The translations under genes were made by a program, and so were the position numbers. From assembly GCA_016787005.1 (NCBI GenBank), contig JAEUTS010000340.1:1-36672 (forward strand): a stretch of 36,672 nucleotides of DNA, written 5' to 3'. This document shows positions 7,223 to 15,337 of this stretch, piece after piece; position 1 is the stretch's first letter; every line of letters starts with the position of its first letter. Source of the DNA: Bacteroidia bacterium (GTDB lineage: Bacteria; Bacteroidota; Bacteroidia; JABDFU01). The notes below the pieces were generated by a model. It was not told the origin of the DNA, searched no databases, and saw nothing but the letters and a program-made list of their open reading frames with translations.

Positions 7223-8998
7223 ATGTTCTATAAGCCAAGTATAATTCGTCAAATCTGCCTGTTTACAGGTGTTATAACAGGTTTTTTTATAATATCATGT
7301 TCCGGCGGAGCTTCAAGAAGGTCGCATGAGCCGGCAAAGGGGAATCGTGTATATGGCGGTACTTTTACTATAAGTGAGACCGATGATTACCAGACGTTGT
7401 ATCCAATAGCTCTTGCTGATGCTGTTTCGAGTTTTCTGGCGAACCAGATATATGAAGGTTTAGTGAAGTTTAGTGTAAATGACCTGTCGGTAAACCCCGG
7501 TATTGCTGAAAAATGGGAGATAGATCCTTCCGGAACCACCTATACCTTTCACCTCAAAAAAGGTGTTTACTTTCATGACGATGAGTGTTTCCCGGATGGT
7601 AAAGGTCGGGAGTTAAAAGCCTCTGATGTAAAATACTCATTCGAATTACTGTGCAGTCAGAGTCCTGATAACGTAAATTTTGCCTCATCGTTCAAAAACA
7701 ATGTAAAAGGTGCAGTTGAATATTATGAAGCATCGGCTAAAGGTAAGCCTGCATCGGGTCTTGAAGGAGTAAAAGTGATAGATGATTACACGGTGCAGAT
7801 CATTTTGCAGGTTCCAAGTACATCCTTCCTGTATATATTGGCAAGTCCTATTGCCTCAATTGTTCCTAAAGAAGGTGTTGAGAAATATGGCAATGAACTT
7901 CATGTTGGAACCGGACCATTTATGTTTGGGGTTAATGATAAAAAGGCTGGTAATGTTGTTTTGCTGCGAAACCCCAATTATCATGGTGTCGATTCGCTGG
8001 GCAACCAATTGCCTTTTGTTGACAGTCTTGTAATGAAGATACTTGGCACAAAATCGGCTCAACTCGAAGCCTTTGAAAAAGGTGAAGTTGATGTTGTTCT
8101 GGGGCTCCCTTCTGAGTCTGTCCGTAGCCTTGTGGAAAAGCAAATCGAACAGTTTAAAAATAAAACAGTGGGATATATTCTTGAACGTACCCCTGAAATG
8201 GCAAGCAATTATTATGAGTTTAATCTTACCCGTCCGCCATTTGATGATGTTCGTGTACGAAAGGCATTCTCATATGCAATTAATCGTAATAAAATTATAG
8301 ATGATGTGTTGAAAGGGGAGGCTTATGGACCCGGAATATATGGTGTTTCTCCTCCATCATTTAAGGAGTATGATATAACCAAGGTTAAAGGATATGATTA
8401 CAATCCTGATATGGCAAACAAGTTGTTCTATGAAAGCGGATATAAGGATAAGAAAACATTTCCGGTGGTAAAGGTGGTTCTTAATAGCGGGGGAGCAAAA
8501 AATACAAAAGTAGCCCTTGAAATACAGAAACAATTAATGGATGTGTTGGGTATTAGAGTTGACTTTGAAGTGAAAACACTTGCGCAAAAGCTTGAAGACG
8601 CTAAATATGCCCGAGCTGATATTCTACGTGCCGGCTGGCTTGCAGATTATCCAAACCCGGAAAGTTTTTTGTGGATGTTCTATGGTGCTCCTGTGCCTGA
8701 ATCACTTGATAAGCCTTCTTTTCCTAATACAACAAGGTATAAAAATCCTGAGTTTGACAAATTGTTTGAAAAAGGACGGACCGCAAGGACTCGCGATGAA
8801 AGCTATATGTATTTTGCACAGGCCGAACAGGTCATGATGAATGACGCGCCTATAATGATGCTTTGGTACGATGAAAATTACAGGCTGATAAAATCACGTG
8901 TTAAACGACTTCCTGCAAACCCTATCCGCTACAGGGACTGTTCTGAAGTTTATCTTCAGGATACAGCACCGGCAATTGCAGATACCGAAAAAAAATAA
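7223..8998 (+). CDS. ABC-type solute-binding protein, family 5 (peptide/nickel type), lipoprotein
   Basis: 591 aa. Lipobox-like FFIISCSGG. Family-5 SBP sequence pattern throughout (GGTFTISETDDYQTLYP..., WLADYPNPESFL). No permease or ATPase genes lie adjacent. Confidence 0.75.
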   Translation: MFYKPSIIRQICLFTGVITGFFIISCSGGASRRSHEPAKGNRVYGGTFTISETDDYQTLYPIALADAVSSFLANQIYEGLVKFSVNDLSVNPGIAEKWEIDPSGTTYTFHLKKGVYFHDDECFPDGKGRELKASDVKYSFELLCSQSPDNVNFASSFKNNVKGAVEYYEASAKGKPASGLEGVKVIDDYTVQIILQVPSTSFLYILASPIASIVPKEGVEKYGNELHVGTGPFMFGVNDKKAGNVVLLRNPNYHGVDSLGNQLPFVDSLVMKILGTKSAQLEAFEKGEVDVVLGLPSESVRSLVEKQIEQFKNKTVGYILERTPEMASNYYEFNLTRPPFDDVRVRKAFSYAINRNKIIDDVLKGEAYGPGIYGVSPPSFKEYDITKVKGYDYNPDMANKLFYESGYKDKKTFPVVKVVLNSGGAKNTKVALEIQKQLMDVLGIRVDFEVKTLAQKLEDAKYARADILRAGWLADYPNPESFLWMFYGAPVPESLDKPSFPNTTRYKNPEFDKLFEKGRTARTRDESYMYFAQAEQVMMNDAPIMMLWYDENYRLIKSRVKRLPANPIRYRDCSEVYLQDTAPAIADTEKK

Positions 8999-9002
8999 AA
9001 TG

Positions 9003-9028
9003 AGCCTCCGTCAGGGGGCTTGTTTTTT
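9003..9028 (+). terminator. Rho-independent terminator after the SBP gene
   Basis: AGCCTCC-GTCA-GGGGGCT hairpin (one G-U pair) followed by TGTTTTTT. Confidence 0.65.
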
Positions 9029-9067
9029 GCACAATATTTGTCGTGTATAATTTCAAAAAAAACAGTT

Positions 9068-10741
9068 ATGAAAACAATGAACTTTTTTGTTGCAACAATG
9101 CTTTGTGCTGCTTGCGTTTTTGATGCCCAAGCTCAGCAGGAAATCAATAGTCCTGTTCAGTCTGTGATTGTTTATCTTGATGGAGCGGAGGTAACCCAAA
9201 GCAAACAGGTATCACTTGCTCCAGGGCGAAATAAAATAGTGTTCACCGGTTTGTCGCAGAAATTGGTTTCAAAAAGTGTACAGGTAAATATTAGCGGTGA
9301 TGTGGCGATCTTGTCCGTTTCAGATGAGATTAATTATTTGTCCAAACAGGACGACCAGCCGCGTGTGAAACAACTTAAAGATTCAGTTCAATACCTGAAT
9401 GATGCTTTGACCCAACTCAGGAACGAGAAGGATGCATATGTAACGGAAAAGAATCTCCTGATCGAGAATAAAAACATGAGCGGAAAAGATAAAGCACTTT
9501 CTGTGGCCGAACTAAAGGCAATCGCAGACTTTTATCGTTTGCGTATTCGCGAAATTAATGATGAAGTTGGTAAGATTGAAAAGAAGGACCGCAAACTCAA
9601 CGAGGTGCTTGTAAAAGCCAATCAGCAGTTGAATGAATTGAATGCCCGGTTCAATACGCCAATGGCCGAGGTAAGCATATTGCTTATGACTTCCGCGAAA
9701 ATCACCAGTAACATTGAATTAAAATATATTGTAACCGATGCCGGTTGGGCACCCAGTTATGATCTGAAAGCTGAAGATGTGAACAAGCCAATTGAACTTA
9801 AGTACAGAGCAAAGGTGTTCAATAATACGGGTGTTGACTGGAAAGATGTAAAACTTCGTCTTTCAACTGCAGATCCTATGAGAAGTGCATCAAAGCCGGT
9901 AATGAGTGAATGGTATTTAAATTATGATCAGGGTTACAATAAATCGGGGATATCAAACATGCGTCAGATGAAATCAGAAGCGATGAATCAATCGTTTGAC
10001 GGATATATTCAGAACGTTGCTCCCGGTGCACTTGCTAAAACATATAAGCCACAAAAGGAGGTACAATTACAATCTCCACAATACGAACAAATACAAGTTT
10101 CCGAATTAAGCGCCGATTTCGAAATTAAAACAGCGTATACTATTCCAGCTGATTCGAAGCCTTATATCGTGGATGTAACCACATACAACTTGCCTGCAAC
10201 TTTCCAACATTTCAGTTCTCCCAAAATTGATCGGGATGCATTTCTGATCGCACGTATAACAGGCTGGGAGGATTTGGATCTTGTTGAAGGTCCGGCAAAC
10301 GTGTATTATGGAGGTACATATGTGGGACAATCATATATACAGACTCGCAGTGTTGATGATACGCTTGATTTGTCTCTTGGTCGTGATAATAAGATCATAG
10401 TTACACGTACCAAGCAAAAGGATTTCAGCACTCAAAAATTTATCGGCTCAACAAAAAAGGAAGCCTATGCTTATGAGATAGCGATAAAAAACAACCGTAA
10501 AACTCCGATACAGATAGAAATCAATGACCAGCTTCCCATATCACAGCAAGGTGATATTACCGTTGAAGAGATCGAGTTATCAAAGGCTGAAAAGGATGTT
10601 ATTACAGGCAAACTTACTTGGAAATATACGCTTCAGCCCGATGAAATGAAAAAGCTCAACCTCTCCTTCGCCATAAAATACCCCAAGAACAAAACTATAA
10701 CGGCTAAGAAATACAGAGCCGCCTCCCGGGCAATGTTTTAA
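9068..10741 (+). CDS. DUF4139 / MuiA-like secreted protein with a central coiled coil
   Basis: ATG 9068 gives the signal peptide MKTMNFFVATMLCAACVFDAQA; the 9020 TTG start in the track lies inside the terminator. The N-terminal VIVYLDGAEVTQ...KIVFTGLS pattern, the long coiled coil and the C-terminal beta-rich domain match my recollection of this family. Confidence 0.6.
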   Translation: MKTMNFFVATMLCAACVFDAQAQQEINSPVQSVIVYLDGAEVTQSKQVSLAPGRNKIVFTGLSQKLVSKSVQVNISGDVAILSVSDEINYLSKQDDQPRVKQLKDSVQYLNDALTQLRNEKDAYVTEKNLLIENKNMSGKDKALSVAELKAIADFYRLRIREINDEVGKIEKKDRKLNEVLVKANQQLNELNARFNTPMAEVSILLMTSAKITSNIELKYIVTDAGWAPSYDLKAEDVNKPIELKYRAKVFNNTGVDWKDVKLRLSTADPMRSASKPVMSEWYLNYDQGYNKSGISNMRQMKSEAMNQSFDGYIQNVAPGALAKTYKPQKEVQLQSPQYEQIQVSELSADFEIKTAYTIPADSKPYIVDVTTYNLPATFQHFSSPKIDRDAFLIARITGWEDLDLVEGPANVYYGGTYVGQSYIQTRSVDDTLDLSLGRDNKIIVTRTKQKDFSTQKFIGSTKKEAYAYEIAIKNNRKTPIQIEINDQLPISQQGDITVEEIELSKAEKDVITGKLTWKYTLQPDEMKKLNLSFAIKYPKNKTITAKKYRAASRAMF

Positions 10742-10768
10742 AGAGCGGGTTCTTTCCTAAATTAATGC

Positions 10769-10776
10769 TACCTTTG
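10769..10776 (+). promoter_or_regulatory. -7 box (TACCTTTG) for typA
   Basis: Exact TAnnTTTG, 23 nt upstream of ATG 10800. Confidence 0.45.
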
Positions 10777-10799
10777 CACCTCTCAAAAAATGAGGAATT

Positions 10800-12611
10800 A
10801 TGCAAAGTATACGTAACATAGCCATTATTGCCCACGTTGACCACGGAAAAACAACATTGGTTGACAAAATGCTTCATACATCAAAGATATTCCGGGATAA
10901 CCAGGAAACAGGGGAGCTAATTCTTGATAATAATGACCTGGAGCGCGAACGGGGAATAACAATACTTGCCAAGAACGTTTCGGTAATATATAAAGGAACC
11001 AAGATCAATATTATTGATACACCCGGCCACGCTGATTTTGGCGGTGAAGTTGAACGGGTACTAAATATGGCAGATGGCGTTCTGCTACTTGTTGATGCCT
11101 TTGAAGGTGCTATGCCGCAAACGCGGTTTGTATTGCAAAAAGCGTTACAGCATGGACTAAAAGTTATTGTTGTAGTTAATAAGGTAGATAAACCAAATTG
11201 TCGTCCCGATGAGGTGCACGACTCAATATTTGAATTGTTCTTTAATCTCGACGCAACCGAGGAGCAATTAAATTTTCCGACCGTTTATGGTTCATCAAAG
11301 CAGGGCTGGATGGGTCCGGATTGGAAAACACCAACTGCTGATATTACCTATTTGTTCGAAACTATAATTGAAAAGATACCTTCTGCACCCTTTCGTGAAG
11401 GAACACTGCAGATGCAAATAACATCATTGGATTACTCATCATTTGTTGGTCGTATTGCGATTGGAAGAGTTTACCGCGGTATTATAAAAGAAAATATGCC
11501 GGTTTCCTTAGTGAAACGCGATCGGTCCATTGTAAAAGGAAGAATAAAGGACTTATTCGTTTTTGACGGTTTGGGAAAAACGAAAGCTGCGGAGGTACGT
11601 GCTGGTGACATTTGTGCCATTACCGGCATTGAAGGATTTGATATTGGTGATACTATTGCTGATTTTGAAAAACCTGAAGGGCTTACGCCTATTGATATTG
11701 ATGAGCCTACTATGAGTATGCTTTTTACCATTAATAACTCTCCGTTTTATGGTAAAGATGGTAAATATGTAACATCACGCCATTTGCGTGATCGTTTATT
11801 TAAAGAGTTGGAGAAAAATCTGGCCATGCGGTTGGAAGAAACTGAATCACCGGATTCTTATATTGTTTTCGGAAGGGGGATTCTGCATTTATCTATATTG
11901 GTTGAGACCATGCGTCGCGAAGGTTATGAGTTGCAGCTTGGTCAGCCTCAGGTAATTGTTAAAGAGATAGACGGTGTGAAACATGAACCTGTTGAGGTGC
12001 TAACTGTTGACACTCCGCAGGAAACATCAAGTAAGGTAATTGATCTTGTGTCGCAGCGCAGAGGTGATATGATTGCTATGGAACCCAAGGGAGATCTAAT
12101 CCACCTGGAATTCAATATCCCGTCACGCGGCATAATCGGATTGCGTAATAATATACTTACAGCCACGGCCGGTGAGGCTATTATGGCGCATCGCTTTAAA
12201 GCGTTTGAGCCATGGAAAGGTCCGATCCCGGGACGTATTGCAGGAGTGTTGATATCGAAAGAGAAAGGTACTTCTGTAAGTTATTCAATTAATAATTTAC
12301 AGGACAGAGGAAGATTTTTTGTGGATCCGGGAGAAGAAGTGTACACAGGTCAGATAATTGGGGAGAATATCCGCCCGGATGATATGCTGGTAAATATTTG
12401 CGTAGAGAAAAAATTAACAAATATGAGAGCATCGGGTAGTGATGCCAAAATGCGCATCGCGCCGAAAATAAACTTTTCACTTGAAGAAGCGATGGAATAT
12501 ATTCAGGGAGATGAATATGTTGAAATAACACCTAAAGCTATTCGTCTGAGAAAGATATACCTGGATGAAAATGAACGTAAGCGTAATAAGAATAAAATAG
12601 AGTCGCAATAA
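10800..12611 (+). CDS. typA: Translational GTPase TypA/BipA
   Basis: 603 aa with G1 AHVDHGKTT, G3 DTPGHADF, G4 NKVD, and an overall EF-G-like layout with a BipA-type C-terminus. Confidence 0.95.
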   Translation: MQSIRNIAIIAHVDHGKTTLVDKMLHTSKIFRDNQETGELILDNNDLERERGITILAKNVSVIYKGTKINIIDTPGHADFGGEVERVLNMADGVLLLVDAFEGAMPQTRFVLQKALQHGLKVIVVVNKVDKPNCRPDEVHDSIFELFFNLDATEEQLNFPTVYGSSKQGWMGPDWKTPTADITYLFETIIEKIPSAPFREGTLQMQITSLDYSSFVGRIAIGRVYRGIIKENMPVSLVKRDRSIVKGRIKDLFVFDGLGKTKAAEVRAGDICAITGIEGFDIGDTIADFEKPEGLTPIDIDEPTMSMLFTINNSPFYGKDGKYVTSRHLRDRLFKELEKNLAMRLEETESPDSYIVFGRGILHLSILVETMRREGYELQLGQPQVIVKEIDGVKHEPVEVLTVDTPQETSSKVIDLVSQRRGDMIAMEPKGDLIHLEFNIPSRGIIGLRNNILTATAGEAIMAHRFKAFEPWKGPIPGRIAGVLISKEKGTSVSYSINNLQDRGRFFVDPGEEVYTGQIIGENIRPDDMLVNICVEKKLTNMRASGSDAKMRIAPKINFSLEEAMEYIQGDEYVEITPKAIRLRKIYLDENERKRNKNKIESQ

Positions 12612-12627
12612 TAATTACAGGTAATGT

Positions 12628-12673
12628 AAAAGCGAAAGGCCATCCTGAATATTCGGGATGGCCTTTCGCTTTT
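12628..12673. terminator. Bidirectional rho-independent terminator between convergent genes
   Basis: Perfect 15-bp stem AGCGAAAGGCCATCC/GGATGGCCTTTCGCT, flanked by an A run on the left and a T run on the right. Confidence 0.8.
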
Positions 12674-12688
12674 AGTTAAGATTCGGAA

Positions 12689-13204
12689 CTATGAATTCCC
12701 GGTCTCTTTTGCTTTAATGCTTTTTGCTGCATCTGCCATTTTCTGAATAGCTTTCTCTGAAAACGGATCGCCTTCTTTAATGTCTTCAACAAGATAGCTG
12801 TCCTTTCCTGCTTTTATTACAGTGTAAAAATGGAATTCAGGTTCAAGTCCGCTTACCTGGGATTCCCAGATCAGGCTTGTAGGTTCATCAACCACATAGC
12901 GTTTGAATTTTTTCACATCATCCGAGGAGATGTCACTTTTCTTAAGTGGGAAATCCCCTTCGCCTGGTGTTATACTAATTTGAAAATCTTTTCCCGACCT
13001 GATCTCAATAGAGCCCGATCCCTGTGCCACGATCTCGAGTTTTGTTTTTGTCGTGTCGGGAACGTTGATCGTAATGAGTGCGCCAAAGCTGCTTAGGTCA
13101 TATTGCGACATTCCAGGAATGTTGTTGTCATCATTCTTGGAGTTATTGCATCCGGTAATTACAAATAATGCCGGCAGGGCTAATAAAAGTAGTTTCTTTA
13201 ACAT
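12689..13204 (-). CDS. Hypothetical lipoprotein
   Basis: Signal/lipobox MLKKLLLLALPALFVITGC. I recognise no other motif. Confidence 0.6.
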   Translation of the reverse strand: MLKKLLLLALPALFVITGCNNSKNDDNNIPGMSQYDLSSFGALITINVPDTTKTKLEIVAQGSGSIEIRSGKDFQISITPGEGDFPLKKSDISSDDVKKFKRYVVDEPTSLIWESQVSGLEPEFHFYTVIKAGKDSYLVEDIKEGDPFSEKAIQKMADAAKSIKAKETGNS

Positions 13205-13228
13205 ATTGTGTTGTTTTAGTTATGCTGA

Positions 13229-13236
13229 CAAACTTA
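13229..13236 (-). promoter_or_regulatory. -7 box (TAAGTTTG) for the 12689-13204 lipoprotein gene
   Basis: Exact TAnnTTTG on the minus strand, 24 nt upstream of ATG 13204. Confidence 0.4.
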
Positions 13237-13354
13237 CATGAATTTTAAAAGACAGGCAAGGATGAGTTAAAAATAGTTTTTAGTAATCGGACTTCTGGCA
13301 GCCAACAACCGATAACCAATAGCCAATTCTCAGTATATTCGTATAAACACTTCA

Positions 13355-14380
13355 ATGAAGCTTCATTTCACTCCACATACTCTTGAGTTCAGGTATCCAT
13401 TCAAGATCGCTTTGAACTACCGGACTACAACACCGGTGGTGATTACGGAAATAATGTGCGACGGTATAGTAGGATATGGTGAAGCATCAATGCCACCTTA
13501 TTTGGGAGAAGACCACAAAACAGTTTCAGATTTTTTGATCAAAGCAGGGAAGGTTCTCGCTGAATTTAAAACGCCGTTTTACTTAGAGACTATAATTGAC
13601 AGAGTGGACATTATAGCTGAAGGTAATACAGCGGCAAAAGCCAGTATTGATATAGCTTTACACGACCTCAAAGGTAAATTGGAAGGCAGAGCCTGTTATA
13701 CATTCTGGAATCTGGAAAAAGAGAATACACCACATACTTCAATAACGATTGGAATGGATGCTCCTGAAGTGGTTGGCAGGAAAATAGGAGAAGCGGAGGT
13801 GTTTAAAATTTTAAAAGTGAAACTTGGAAGTGATGAGGATAAAAAAATCATTGAAACGATACGTTCTTATACTGATAAGCCGGTATCAGTTGATGTGAAT
13901 CAGGGATGGAAGACAAAAGAAGAAGCGCTTGATTTGATCCATTGGTTAAAGGAAAAGAATGTGCTATTTGTAGAGCAGCCGCTTGCGAAGAGAGATCTGG
14001 CCGGATCTGCATGGCTAACCGAAAGAAGTCCATTGCCTGTAATTGCCGATGAGTCATTTCAACGGTTGGCTGACTTAACCCGGATAAAAGATTGTTTTCA
14101 CGGAGTTAATGTAAAGTTGATGAAGTGCACCGGTTTGAATGAAGCGTATAAAATAATCCGGGAGGCACAGAAATATGACTTAAAAGTATTAATCGGCTGC
14201 ATGTCGGAAACATCGTGTGCGGTATCCGCTGCTGCGCAGCTTAGTTCGTTAGCTGATTGGGCCGACCTGGATGGACCTCTGCTTATAAAAAAAGACCTGT
14301 TCGAAGGTGTAGAATTTAGCGGGGGGAAGATTGTACTGAGCGACAGGCCGGGTATTGGAGTTCGGCGGTTACAGGGATAA
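13355..14380 (+). CDS. Dipeptide epimerase (enolase superfamily, MLE subgroup; L-Ala-D/L-Glu epimerase-like)
   Basis: 341 aa with the KxK motif (LKVKLG), metal ligands in DVNQGW / VEQP / IADES, and the second catalytic Lys in KLMKCTG. Confidence 0.75.
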   Translation: MKLHFTPHTLEFRYPFKIALNYRTTTPVVITEIMCDGIVGYGEASMPPYLGEDHKTVSDFLIKAGKVLAEFKTPFYLETIIDRVDIIAEGNTAAKASIDIALHDLKGKLEGRACYTFWNLEKENTPHTSITIGMDAPEVVGRKIGEAEVFKILKVKLGSDEDKKIIETIRSYTDKPVSVDVNQGWKTKEEALDLIHWLKEKNVLFVEQPLAKRDLAGSAWLTERSPLPVIADESFQRLADLTRIKDCFHGVNVKLMKCTGLNEAYKIIREAQKYDLKVLIGCMSETSCAVSAAAQLSSLADWADLDGPLLIKKDLFEGVEFSGGKIVLSDRPGIGVRRLQG

Positions 14381-14391
14381 CACAAAATGTC

Positions 14392-14426
14392 AAAAAAAAG
14401 CCCCGAAATTTTTTCGGGGCTTTTTT
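14392..14426. terminator. Bidirectional rho-independent terminator
   Basis: A8-GCCCCGAAA/TTTCGGGGC-T6 palindrome. It serves the epimerase gene on the plus strand and the 25-codon ORF on the minus strand. Confidence 0.8.
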
Positions 14427-14427
14427 A

Positions 14428-14505
14428 TTACTTCTTTCTTTTAGAAGCTTTTTTCTTAGCAGCTTTCTTTTTAGGAGCAGCTTTCTTTTTTGCTTTCTTA
14501 GCCAT
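14428..14505 (-). CDS. Candidate 25-aa Lys/Ala-rich microprotein (MAKKAKKKAAPKKKAAKKKASKRKK)
   Basis: ATG at 14505-14503 and TAA at 14430-14428, hand translated. The stop abuts the bidirectional terminator by one nucleotide. The ORF is below the length cut-off of the track. It contains an 18-nt (6-codon) internal direct repeat. Confidence 0.4.
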   Translation of the reverse strand: MAKKAKKKAAPKKKAAKKKASKRKK

Positions 14506-14845
14506 GGTTTTTAGGTTTTAGTTAATTACTAATACGAAGTAACAAAAAATTTAACGTACAAAAAAATATTCATCACTATTTTTTTAACACACGTTTGTTA
14601 ACAATGTAAAGCAGAAATCAAATATCGGCGAGCAAAATAAAAATGTTTTTTAGAAAAAGTGAAAAGTATTTTTTATCACATCCTCTGAACGCATCTGTAA
14701 TCAATGCATTTGGCCGCATTGGTTTTTGTTTTTCAGAATTTAAAAATAAAAATGTCCGAAAACAAAGGGAGGTTTTTGTAAAAACTGCATAACCTTAAAA
14801 AGGGAATTATTTTTTCATTTTATGACAAAAAAGTTCGGGAGAACA

Positions 14846-14872
14846 ACTTTGGGCAAAAAAAATCCCCAAAGT
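14846..14872 (-). terminator. Possible terminator hairpin downstream of the cupin gene
   Basis: 8-bp stem ACTTTGGG/CCCAAAGT with a T-rich loop. On the minus strand a second short hairpin (GTTC-TCCC-GAAC) plus T6 follows. Confidence 0.3.
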
Positions 14873-14903
14873 GACTTAAACGAAAACATAACGAGTAAAG
14901 TAA

Positions 14904-15302
14904 TTATTCAATAAAAACCCGATCTCTCCCATCAAACATTGGTGATTGGAGTGATACAACCTTAACAGGAAGTGCGGAAGTAGTTTTTAATGAATGAGGA
15001 GTGTTTTTAGGGATAAACACCACATCACCCTTTTTAACTTTAAACTTTTTGTAACCCAGTGTCATTTCACCATCACCTTCCAGAATGTAAACATGTTCGG
15101 TATGTGTAATATGTTTATGGGCTTTTACTTCTTGTTTAATGAATATGACAAAGCTGCTTGCCAGGGAATCGGCGTATAGCGGACGGGAATAAATATTTTC
15201 AAATCCGGCAGGAGCTTTGATGGTGTCAAGTGATTGAAAGCTTTGTCCTTTTGACACAAAAATCAATAATGCAAATGAAATAGTAAAAACAAACTTTTCC
15301 AT
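14904..15302 (-). CDS. Cupin-domain protein with a signal peptide
   Basis: ATG 15302 gives MEKFVFTISFALLIFVSKGQS. The cupin motifs are HKHITHTEHVYILEG and GDVVFIPKNTPH. The 15329 start in the track is TTG. Confidence 0.65.
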   Translation of the reverse strand: MEKFVFTISFALLIFVSKGQSFQSLDTIKAPAGFENIYSRPLYADSLASSFVIFIKQEVKAHKHITHTEHVYILEGDGEMTLGYKKFKVKKGDVVFIPKNTPHSLKTTSALPVKVVSLQSPMFDGRDRVFIE

Positions 15303-15337
15303 AAGTTGAGGTTTGAAGTATTGCAACAAGAATTAAT

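Noticed and set aside
9020-9067. TTG-initiated extension of the DUF4139-like ORF; similar TTG or upstream extensions occur at 24373 (bamA), 27012 (skp), 19396 (CBS), 15329 (cupin) and 4793 (lipoprotein)
   Set aside because: The extension overlaps the upstream terminator hairpin. In each case an internal ATG gives a proper signal peptide or the conserved N-terminus.
14458-14490. Direct repeat AGCAGCTTTCTTTTT x2 (18-nt period), considered as a repeat element or CRISPR-like
   Set aside because: There are only two copies, with no spacer architecture. The repeat is explained as the KKKAA codon duplication inside the Lys-rich micro-ORF.
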